In this document: piece after piece, positions 11,617 through 22,600 of the stretch
How the letters are laid out: the number at the start of each line of letters is the position of its first letter
Numbering within the stretch: position 1 is the stretch's first letter
From: Cyanophora paradoxa CCMP329
Lineage: Eukaryota > Plantae > Glaucophyta
Direction of reading: 5' to 3'
Length of the DNA: 64,000 nt
Assembly (NCBI GenBank): GCA_004431415.1
Contig: QPMI01000098.1
Location: forward strand, 62,001-126,000
Notes under the pieces: model-generated
Told to the model about the DNA's origin: nothing
Databases searched by the model: none
The model's input: only the letters and a program-made list of their open reading frames with translations
Made by a program: the position numbers and the translations under genes

Positions 11617-14600
11617 TCATGCATCGCCGTCGGCGACCGCGAGGTCGAAGTTGGAGGCGAGCTGGAGGCGCTCGCCCTCCGCAGCGAGGGCGAGCTGCTC
11701 GATGTCGAACCCGTCCATCTGGTGTGCGGGGGGCAACGTAAGGCGGGAACTGCGCGAAAGCGGGCGCCAAGACACAACAGGGCACCTCCTCCACGTAGCC
11801 ATAGTCCCCTGCCTGGGACCCCGCGTCCAGCTGCTGGACATCCGCCCCCAGCGGCTCGACCGCCCACATGTCTGCCTCGGACACGAGCGGCTCCTGGACG
11901 ACCTCGCCAGCGCCTTCAGAGGCCTCCGCCTGCTGTTGCGCCTCGCTCGTCACTTGGCCCTCCTTGCCCTTCGTCTCCACCGGCTCCGTCACGATCTCCT
12001 CCATCTGCGCGGGCTCCGTCGCCGCCGGCTCCACGGGCTCGGTCTCGATGGGCTCCGTCGCCGCCGGCTCCACGGGCTCGGTCTCGATGAGCTCCGTTGC
12101 CGCCGGCTCCACGGGCTCGGTCTCCACCAGCTCCGTCGCCGCCGGCTCCACGGGCTCGGACTCCACCGGCTCCACGGGCTCGGTCTCGATGGGCTCCGTC
12201 GCCGCCGGCTCCACGGGCTCGGTCTCGATGGGCTCCGTCGCCGCCGGCTCCACGGGCTCGGTCTCCACCGGCTCCACGGGCTCTGTCTCCACCGGCTCCG
12301 TCGCCATCCCCTCCACAGGCTCGGTCTCGATGGGCTCCGTCGCCGCCGGCTCCACGGGCTCGGTCTCGATGGGCTCCGTCGCCGCCGGCTCCACGGGCTC
12401 GGTCTCGATGGGCTCCGTCGCCGCCGGCTCCACAGGCTCGGTCTCCACCGGCTCCGTCGCCGCCGGCTCCACGGGCTCGGTCTCGACCGGCTCCGTCGCC
12501 GCCGGCTCCACGGGCTCGGTCTCCACCGGCTCCGTCGCCGCCGGCTCCACGGGCTCGGTCTCGATGGGCTCCGTCGCCGCCGGCTCCACAGGCTCGGTCT
12601 CGACCGGCTCCGGCGCCGCCGGCTCCACGGGCTCGGTCTCGATGGGCTCCGTCGCCGCCGGCTCCACGGGCTCGGTCTCCACCGGCTCCGTCGCCGCCGG
12701 CTCCACAGGGTCGGTCTCGACCGGCTCCATCGCCGCCGGCTCCACGGGCTCGGTCTCGATGGGCTCCGTCGCCGCCGGCTCCACAGGCTCGGTCTCGACC
12801 GGCTCCGTCGCCGCCGGCTCCACGGGCTCGGTCTCGATGGGCTCCGTCGCCGCCGGCTCCACGGGCTCGGACTCCACCGGCTCCACGGGCTCGGTCTCCA
12901 CCGGCTCCGTCGCCGCCGGCTCCACGGGCTCGGTCTCCACCGGCTCCGTCGCCGCCGGCTCCACGGGCTCGGTCTCCACCGGCTCCACGGGCTCGGTCTC
13001 GATGGGCTCCGTCGCCGCCGGCTCCACGGGCTCGGTCTCGATGGGCTCCGTCGCTGCCGGCTCCACGGGCTCGGTCTCGATGGGCTCCGTCGCCGCCGGC
13101 TCCACGGGCTCAGACTCCACCGGCTCTACGGGCTCGGTCTCGACCGGCTCCGTCGCCGCCGGCTCCACGGGCTCGGTCTCCACCGGCTCCATCGCCGCCG
13201 GCTCCACGGGCTCGGTCTCCACCGGCTCCGTCGCCGCCGGCTCCACGGGCTCGGTCTCCACCAGCTCCGTCGCCGCCGGCTCCACGGGCTCGGACTCCAC
13301 CGGCTCCACGGGCTCGGTCTCGATGGGCTCCGTCGCCGCCGGCTCCTCGGGCTCGGTCTCCACCGGCTCCGTCGCCGCCGGCTCCACGGGCTCGGTCTCC
13401 ACCGGCTCCATCGCCGCCGGCTCCACAGGCTCGGTCTCCACCGGTTCCACGGGCTCGGTCTCGATGGGCTCCGTCGCCGCCGGCTCCACGGGCTCGGTCT
13501 CGATGGGCTCCGTCGCCGTCGGCTCTACGGGCTCGGTCTCGACCGGCTCCATCGCCGCCGGCTCCACAGGCTCGGTCTCCACCGGCTCCGTCGCCGCCGG
13601 CTCCACGGGCTCGGTCTCGATGGGCTCCGTCGCCGCCGGCTCCACAGGCTCGGTCTCGACCGGCTCTGTCGCCGCCGGCTCCACGGGCTCGGTCTCCACC
13701 GGCTCCGTCGCCGCCGGCTCCACGGGCTCGGTCTCGATGGGCTCCGTCGCCGCCGGCTCCACGGGCTCGGTCTCGATGGGCTCCGTCGCCGCCGGCTCCA
13801 CGGGCTCGGTCTCGACCCGCTCCGTCGCCGCCGGCTCCACGGGCTCGGTCTCCACCGGCTCCGTCGCCATCCCCTCCACAGGCTCGGTCTCGATGGGCTC
13901 CGTCTCCGCCGGCTCTACAGGCTCGGTCTCGATGGGCTCCGTCGCCGCCGGCTCCACGGGCTCGGTCTCCACCGGCTCCGTCGCCGCCGGCTCCACGGGC
14001 TCGGTCTCGATGGGCTCCGTCGCCGCCGGCTCCACGGGCTCGGTCTCGACCAGCTCCGTCGCCGCCAGCTCCACGGGCTCGGACTCCACCGGCTCCACGG
14101 GCTCGGTCTCGACCGGCTCAGTCGCCGTCGGCTCTACGGGCTCGGTCTCCACCGGCTCCGTCGCCGCCGGCTCCACGGGCTCGGTCTCGATGGGCTCCGT
14201 CGCCGCCGGCTCCACGGGCTCTGTCTCCACCGGCTCCGTCGCCGCCGGCTCCACGGGCTCTGTCTCGATGGGCTTCGTCGCCGCCGGCTCCACGGGCTCG
14301 GTCTCGATGGGCTCCGTCGCCGCCGGCTCCACGGGCTCGGTCTCGATGGGCTCCGTCGCCGCCGGCTCCACGGGCTCGGTCTCCACCGGCTCCGTCGCCG
14401 CCGGCTCCACGGGCTCGGTCTCGATGGGCTCCGTCGCCGCCGGCTCCACGGGCTCGGTCTCGATGGGCTCCGTCACCGCTGGCTCCACGGGCTTGGTCTC
14501 GATGGGCTCCGTCGCCGCCGGCTCCACGGGCTCGGTCTCGATGGGCTCCGTCGCCGCCGGCTCCACGGGCTCGGTCTCCACCGGCTCCGTCGCCGCCGGC

Positions 14601-17600
14601 TCCACGGGCTCGGTCTCGATGGGCTCCGTCGCCGCTGGCTCCACGGGCTCGGTCTCGATGGGCTCCGTCGCCGCCGTCTCCACGGGCTCGGTCTCCACCG
14701 GCTCCGTCGCCGCTGGCTCCACGGGCTCGGTCTCGATGGGCTCCGTCGCCGCCGGCTCCACGGGCTCGGTCTCCACCGGCTCCGTCGCCGCCGGCTCCAC
14801 GGACTCTGTCTCGATGGGCTCCGTCGCCGCCGGCTCCACGGGCTCGGTCTCGATGGGCTCCGTCGCCGCCGGCTCCACGGGCTCGGTCTCGATGGGCTCC
14901 GTCGCCGCCGGCTCCACGGGCTCGGTCTCCACCGGCTCCGTCGCCGCCGGCTCCACGGGCTCGGTCTCCATGGGCTCCGTCTCCGCCGGCTCCACGGGCT
15001 CGGTCTCCACCGGCTCCGTCGCCGCCGGCTCCACGGGCTCGGTCTCGATGGGCTCCGTCGCCGCCGGCTCCACAGGCTCGGTCTCCACCGGCTCCGTCGC
15101 CGCCGGCTCCACGGGCTCGGTCTCCACCGGCTCCGTCGCCGCCGGCTCCACGGGCTCGGTCTCGATGGGCTCCGTCGCCGCCGGCTCCACGGGCTCGGAC
15201 TCCACCGGCTCCACGGGCTCGGTCTCGATGGGCTCCGTCGCCGCCGGCTCCACGGGCTCGGTCTCGATGGGCTCCGTCGCCGCTGGCTCCACGGGCTCGG
15301 TCTCGATGGGCTCCGTCGCCGCCGGCTCCACGGGCTCGGTCTCGATGGGCTCCGTCGCCGCCGGCTCCACGGGCTCGGTCTCCATGGGCTCCGTCTCCGC
15401 CGGCTCCACGGGCTCGGTCTCCACCGGCTCCGTCACCGCCGGCTCCACGGGCTCGGTCTCGATGGGCTCCGTCGCCGCCGGCTCCACGGGCTCGGTCTCC
15501 ACCGGCTCCGTCGCCGCCGGCTCCACGGGCTCGGTCTCCACCGGCTCCGTCGCCGCCGGCTCCACGGGCTCGGTCTCGATGGGCTCCGTCGCCGCCGGCT
15601 CCACGGGCTCGGACTCCACCGGCTCCACGGGCTCGGTCTCGATGGGCTCCGTCGCCGCCGGCTCCACGGGCTCGGTCTCGATGGGCTCCGTCGCCGCCGG
15701 CTCCACGGGCTCGGTCTCGATGGGCTCCGTCGCCGCTGGCTCCACGGGCTCGGTCTCGATGGGCTCCGTCGCCGCCGGCTCCACGGGCTCGGTCTCGATG
15801 GGCTCCGTCGCCGCCGGCTCCACGGGCTCGGTCTCGATGGGCTCCGTCTCCGCCGGCTCCACGGGCTCGGTCTCCACCGGCTCCGTCGCCGCCGGCTCCA
15901 CGGGCTCGGTCTCGATGGGCTCCGTCGCCGCCGGCTCCACGGGCTCTGTCTCCACCGGCTCCGTCGCAATCCCCTCCACAGGATCGGTCTCCACCGGCTC
16001 CGTCGCCGCCGGCTCCACGGGCTCGGTCTCGACCGGCTCCGTCGCCGCCAGCTCCACGGGCTCGGACTCCACCGGCTCCACGGGCTCGGTCTCGACCGGC
16101 TCCGTCGCCGTCGGCTCTACGGGCTCGGTCTCCACCGGCTCCGTCGCCGCCGGCTCCACGGGCTCGGTCTCGATGGGCTCCGTCGCCGCCGGCTCCACGG
16201 GCTCGGTCTCCACCGGCTCCGTCGCCGCCGGCTCCACGGGCTCGGTCTCGATGGGCTCCGTCGCCGCCGGCTCCACAGGCTCGGTCTCGATGGGCTCCGT
16301 CGCCGCCGGCTCCACGGGCTCGGTCTCGATGGGCTCCGTCGCCGCCGGCTCCACGGGCTCGGTCTCGATGGGCTCCGTCGCCGCCGTCTCCACGGGCTCG
16401 GTCTCCACCGGCTCCGTCGCCGCCGGCTCCACGGGCTCGGTCTCCACCGGCTCCGTCGCCGCCGGCTCCACGGGCTCGGTCTCGATGGGCTCCATCGCCG
16501 CCGGCTCCACGGGCTCGGTCTCCACCGGCTCCGTCGCCGCCGGCTCCACGGGCTCGGACTCCACCGGCTCCACGGGCTCGGTCTCGACCGGCTCCGTCGC
16601 CGCCGGCTCCACGGGCTCGGTCTCGATGGGCTCCGTCGCCGCCGGCTCCACGGGCTCGGTCTCGATGGGCTCCGTCGCCGCCGGCTCCACGGGCTCGGTC
16701 TCCACCGGCTCCGTCGCCGCCGGCTCCACGGGCTCGGTCTCGATGGGCTCCGTCGCCGCCGGCTCCACGGGCTCGGTCTCCACCGGCTCCGTCGCCGCCG
16801 GCTCCACGGGCTCGGTCTCGATGGGCTCCGTTGCCGCCGGCTCCACGGGCTCGGTCTCCACCGGCTCCGTCGCCGCCCGCTCCACGGGCTCGGTCTCAAC
16901 CGGCTCCGTCGCCGCCGGCTCCACGGGCTCGGTCTCGATGGGCTCCGTCGCAGCCGGCTCCACGGGCTCGTACTCCACCGGCTCCGTCGCCGCCGGCTCC
17001 ACGGGCTCGGTCTCCACCGGCTCCGTCGCCGCCGGCTCCACGGGCTCGTTCTCCACCGGCTCCGTCGCCGCCGGCTCCACGGGCTCGGAGTCGGCGGCCG
17101 CGGGTTCGGCGATCGGGAGCTCCACCGTTGTTTGCACGGCGAGGGCGGACTGGGTGCCCGTCGCCGGCCCGTCGGCTGTGGGCGCAACCGCTGGGTCCAC
17201 GGGCGGCTGCTCGGCGGGCGCCGGCTCGGTGGCCGGGGGCGCCGGCTCGGCTGCTGGTGGCTCGGTGGCCGGGGGCGCCGGCTCGTCTGCTGGCTGCTCG
17301 GTGGCCGGGGCGACGGGCTCCTGGGCCTGGGAGGGGGCCTGGTCGCCGGCGTCGCGGCTGGCGGCGGGCTCGGCCTCCGGGGCGGGCTCCTTGCCCAAGA
17401 TCTCGGAGATGAGGGTCGGGACGACGGGCCGGCCCGGCAGCGCGTCCACGTTGGCGACCTGCGCCGTCGTGGGGGGGGGGGGTGGGCGCCGGCGTGCGGG
17501 CGGGAGGGCGGGGCGCACGCCGTCGGCTGTGAGGGTCGGCTCCTCAGGCACCACGTCCTCCCCGCTGCCGACAATCTGCCCGAGCCGCGCCTCAGAGGCG

Positions 17601-19059
17601 CGGGCGGCAAGAAAATCCCGGGAATCTCTCTTGCAGCCCCCGCTTCGAAGCGCTAGGAACCGTACCCCCTATTCCCTTCATCCCCCCGTCGCCGCGCCAT
17701 CGATTCGGGCCCGAGACGGAGCGCACCAGGGTGAGGTTGATCGCGTGGACGCTCTCGCTCCCCTCGCCCACCGCCCCTTCCCACACCTGAGGCCGCGGCG
17801 GTTGGGAGGGGAAGAGAAGGGGCGGGGGCGCGCGGGGCGGGCGCGGGGCGCACGTGGGAGGCGGCCTGCGTGGGGCCGAGGAGGACCTTGACGGTCGACG
17901 CCTCGTCCCGCACCATCGCGCTCAGGTCCTGCCCGCCCGCCCGCGTCGGCCAATGCCCACGCTCCGGCGGGGCGGGGCGGGGCGGGGCGGGGCGGGGGCG
18001 CACGCCGCGGGCGAGGCGGTCGAAGACGTCCCCGAGGGCCTCCCCCAGCGTCTCCTCCCCGGGCAGCTCATCCCCCTCCTCCTCCGCCGCCGCCTGCACC
18101 TCATCGTCCTGCGCCCCGCCCCGCCCCCTCAGACAGGGGAGAGGAGGCAGAGGGGGCGGGCGCGCCAGCTGGAACTGCGTGGAGATGGGCAGGGAGACCA
18201 CGGTCGGCGCCGCCCGGTCCTCGGGGGCGGCCTGCGCGGCCTCAGCGGGCGGCGCCGGCGGGCGCGGGTCGGGGCGGGGCGGGCACCGTCGCGGCCTCGG
18301 CGGGCGCGGGGTCGCCTCGCCGCCGCCGCTCTGCTGCGCCTCGTCGGCGCTCTGCGCGGCGCGCGGGCGGCGTGAGATTGAGGCGCGCTCGGAAGAGTCC
18401 GGGCCGGTCGCGCGCGCACCTCCTGCGAGCTGGGCTCGGTGTCCAGGCCGGCCTCGGAGCCTGCGGGGCTCGAATCGACCGGCGCACCCTCCTCCTCCCC
18501 CTCCTCGTCCGACGCCTGCGCGGAGCGTCAGGCGGGGCGAGCGCGGAGCGGAGGGGGCGGCGGGGCGGGCGGGCGGGCCTGGGAGGCGTCGGCGTCGCCG
18601 GCGGGGAGCCTGCTGAAGTCGATGGCGCAGAGGGCGACCGCCTGCCCCGCGGCCCCCGGGGTCGGCCCGATCGACACGCTCCAGCCCGTCGAGGCCCAGG
18701 CGGCGACGCCCGGCTCCTCCTCCGGCGCATCGCCGCCGCTCGCGCCCTGCGCCGCCGCCGCATCAGCGCCGGCAGACTCAGCGATCCGCGGGCGGGCTGC
18801 ACGCGCATTCAGCGTCGCGGTCTGTTGAAAGTGCGCGTTCCCGCGGCCGCCGCCCGACGCCGTCACATGCAAGGCCCCAGGCTGCGTCGGGCGACAAGAG
18901 CCGATTAGGATGAGCGGTGCGCGAGAGCGTCTCTGACAGGGCCAGGCGGGGACGCACCTCTCCGAAATCCACAAGCAAACTTTCCCGCTCAGCATCCGTG
19001 AGCGTGGGCCACAGGGCTTCGAACTCGCTCGGCCTTATTGTGCCGTCCGGAGACCCCAT
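11617..19059 (-). CDS. Giant acidic Glu/Pro/Ala/Thr tandem-repeat protein, function unknown
   Basis: Putative ATG 19059 (MGSPDGTIRPSEFEALWPTLTDAERESLLVDFGE). Minus-strand splice signals, e.g. introns 17459-17518 and 11719-11785. A ~5.7-kb exon (11786-17458) encodes (EPVEPAATEP[IV]ET)n. Last exon MDGFDIEQLAL...VADGDA* ends at 11617. Confidence 0.7.
12012..17086. repeat. Coding minisatellite, 39-bp unit (ggctccacgggctcggtctcgatgggctccgtcgccgcc), roughly 130 copies with interspersed 24-bp short units
   Basis: Directly visible. All unit lengths are multiples of 3. Higher-order duplications are marked by shared variants (414-bp spacing, 14970 vs 15384; ~1.98-kb spacing, 14067 vs 16050). Confidence 0.97.
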
Positions 19060-19620
19060 CGCTGTGTGAGACTGTGCACGCGTCTGCGCTCGAATGAGCA
19101 CGAGGTAGAAGGTTGCGCGAACGAGGTGAAACGAACCAGGCCCGCGCCGGTGGAGGGGTCCTTGCCGGGCGGTCTGCTCCTCCTCAACGCTGGCTGTGCT
19201 GCTCAGACGGGCGACGATGCAATGCTACAAGCGCGGTGCGTGGCCGTGGTTCGCTCCTACGCTGATCTGACGTCGACCCGTACCGCTGCAGCTCCTAGGC
19301 TCCTAGGCTTGACTCGCCGTACCCCTCGGGAGAGGGAGGGGGAAAGAGGTGGGGGGGGGGAGAGAAGGGGTTGGACGTCTTTCAGCGCAGTGCGAATTCA
19401 GCGCAGCTGTCGTCGTTGGAGCGCAACGGTCATTGAGGCGCAGCTTTCGTCACCCTTGGACTCAGCCTGCAGCCGCAGGAAGCGCTAGCCTGTCATCCGC
19501 CGCGGCCGCTGATGCGGCGGGCGCACTGGCACATTGCGCTTCCGGACCGGATCGGATGCGCACGCACAGGCTCGGCCATTACAAAGCTCCGGAGCCTCCG
19601 GTGCTGCCTGAGGCGCGCCG

Positions 19621-22600
19621 ATGGACCGTATCGAGGCCGAAGTTCCGGATGACGCGCGGCTCCGAGTCGCCCTGTCCTTTGTACCGGACGACGTGCTGCG
19701 ACGCTACGTCGGTCGTTCGGATCCGCCTGATGCCGATGTTGGCGAGGAGCGCGAGGTTCGCTTACCAGCCACGCCGCGCAGCTCGGCGCGCTGCCGCGCC
19801 CTCCCCGGCGGCTTAGCGCGCTGCCGCGCGCAGGCGTCGGGATGCCTGCTATTCGCGGATGCTGTCGGCTTCACGAAGGTGCGCGGCGCACGCTTTTGAG
19901 CCGGCGGGGCGGGCGAGCGACGCCACCCGCCGTCAGCTCTCTGAGGAGCTGGGCCCCGAGGAGCTGGCGGCGATCGTCAACGGCTTCTTCGGGCAGATCA
20001 TCGAGGTGCGCGGCGGAGTCCGCGCCCGCCGCTGCGCGAGCGAGCGCCGACCCCGCGCGCGCGCCGCAGATCGTGCACAGCTACGGCGGGGTGAGCGCCG
20101 CCGCCGCCGCCGTGCGCCGCCGCTCGCCGCGCTGAACTGCCGCCACGCGCGCAGGACGTGCTGAAGTTCCTCGGGACGCGCTGGCGTGCTCCTTCGAGGG
20201 GCCGCTGCCGGACGCGGCGGCGCGGGCGATGGCGTGCGCGGCCGCCGTCCAGGCCTCCCTGGGCGCCAGCGGCCCCGGCCCCGGCCCCGCCTCCGAGTCC
20301 CTGCGGGCGTCCAGGGCCGCGCACGCGCCGCCCTCCCCGAGCCTCGCGGCGCGGTCGGGCGGGGCGAGCCCGCAGCCGAGGCCGCTGCCGCTGCCGGGGA
20401 CGCCGACGCCGGCGGGGGAGCGGGCCGCCCCGCGCAGCTTCGGGTCGGCCGGCCCGGGCGGCCTGAGCGGCCTTGACGCGTTCCTCCTCCCCGAGGCGGT
20501 CGCCCCCGGCGCCTCGGGGGCCGCCTCGGCCGCCAACTCCTCCCCCCGCTCCTTCGGGAGCGCCCTCGGGGCCCCGCCCGCCTCCGCCCTCCGCGTCAAG
20601 ATCGGCATTGGCGCCGGCCGCTTCTTCTGGTGCCCGCCGCCCCGCGCCCGCCTCCGCCCCTCCCCCCCGCACCGCTCAGCGGGGCGGGCAGCATGCACGT
20701 GGGGGGCGTCGGGGGCCGCTGGGAGTTCCTCGTGACGGGGCCCGCCCTGGAGGAGTCGCTCCGGGCGGAGGGCGCCGCGCAGCCCGGCCAGACCGTCGCC
20801 ACCCGCCAGGCGCCCCCGCCCCCGCCCCCGCCCCGCCCCGCCCGGCGGCTCGAATCGCCAGCGAAGGCTGAGGCTGAGGCGGGGCCGCGCAGGTGCAGGA
20901 GCTCGCGGCGGCGGTGGCGGCCGGGGCGGGGCGGGGCGTACCGGACGGCGCCCGTGCCCGGGGAGGCGGGCCTCGTCCGGCTCCTCGCCTGCGAGGGCGC
21001 CGCCCCGCCGCGCGCCGGCGCCGGCCGCGACCGCGGCGCCGCGCTGCTGGCGCTGGAGCCGGCCCGCCGCGAGCGCGTCCGGCGCTCCCTCGAAGGATAC
21101 GTCGCCACGGCCGCCGTCCGCCCCGCCCGCCCGCCCCGCGCGCCCTCACGCCGCTCGCCTCCTCACGGGCCCCCGCAGGCGCTGAAGCGGCTGTACGCCG
21201 GGCAGCCGGCCCTCCTCCTCGCCGAGATTCGAACCGCCTCCGTCCTCTTCGTCGGCGCGCCGCCGTCGTCCCCGCCCGCCTCGCCGTCTGCGCTCGTCCG
21301 AGGCCCCGCCCCCTCCGCAGCGCTGTTCGGCCTGGAGCCGGCGGAGGGGGCGGAGACGAGCGGCGCGGGGGCGGCGGGGCGGGCGGGCGGCCGGCGCTGC
21401 GGGCGCTGCACGGGGCGGTGCGGGCGGTGCAGGCGACGCTCGCCGAGCGCGGCGGCTCCCTCCGCCAGGTCGCCTCCGACGACAAGGTGCCCCCCCAGGC
21501 CCTGCCCCCGCCCCCGCCTCTCCGGCCCCTCCCGAGGCTCCCACCAGGGCTCCGTGCTCCTGGGAGCCTTCGGCCTCCCCGGCACCGCGCACGGGTACGC
21601 CGACGACGCCGCCCGGGCCGTCGACGCCGCCCTCGAGGTGCCGGCTTCCCTGTACCCCCCCTCCCAACCCCCCCCCTCCCTGCGACGCGGTCCCGGGCAG
21701 GCGAAGCGGCGGCTGGAGGACGAGCTGCTGGAGTGCAGCATCGGGATCTGCACGGGGCGCGCCCCCCTTCTGCGCCCAAGATGGCGCTTCTCCTGCGGCT
21801 GACGGCCAGCGCTTCTCGCCCAGGCGCGTGTTCTGCGGCCTCGTCGGGGGCGTCGAGGGCACGCTCCGATGCGAATACGCCATGGTACCCCACCTCGCTC
21901 TTCCATCGCATCCGTGCCTCGGCCTGTGTTGACCGCTCGCCGGCCGCGCAGGTCGGATCTGTAGTGAACAAGGCGGTGCGCACCGCTGCGCCGCCGCCTG
22001 CGCCCCCGCTTCGCCCGCGCCCACGTACCCCCCCCCCCCCCCCCCCCCGCCAGGCCCGCCTCATGTCCAGGGCGGGGCGCGACGTCCTTGTCGACGAGAC
22101 GACCCACGGCGCCACCGCAAAGCCCGCCCCCGGCCCGGGCTCGAATCCTCGCGGGTCCCGTTGCTCACCCCGGGCCGGCAGGCTGTTCCGGTACCTCGAG
22201 GCGCCCCCCGTCGAGCTCAAGGGCTTCCACGGGCCCGTCAAGGTGCGCCCCTGTCCCTGTACCCCGCGCGGCACCCGGGAACGCGTACCCCCGCCAGGCC
22301 TTCCGGCCCCTGGCGCCCGTGAGGGGCGCGGCGGCCTCGGTGGAGGCGGGGTCGGCGGGGCGGAGCCTGCGGGGCGGCGGCGTCGCCTCGACGCGCGGGG
22401 GCGCCTCGCTGCGGCTCCTCGCCCTCGCGAGGGAGCGCGAGGGCGCCTCGGCGTCGGGCACCCCCAAGGGGTCCGGGCCGGGGCGCGCGGAGAGCTCCGG
22501 GGCCCTCTCGGAAGGCCCGGCGCGGGCGTGGGCGGGAGCGGAGGGCGCGGAGCCGGCCGCCGGCGCCGGCGGGCTGGACGCCGGCCCCGTCCGCGGGCGC

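Noticed and set aside
11786-17458. Articulin/epiplastin identity for the EPVE repeat protein
   Set aside because: It lacks the VPV motifs and alternating acid-base dyads of those proteins; it is almost purely acidic.
11612-17891. Three plus-strand ORFs of ~1,770-2,010 aa (RRRRLHGLGL, GSVAAGST, RARSPPAP repeats)
   Set aside because: The 39-bp unit has no stop codon in these frames. Splice signals and flanking unique exons support the minus-strand EPAAT frame.
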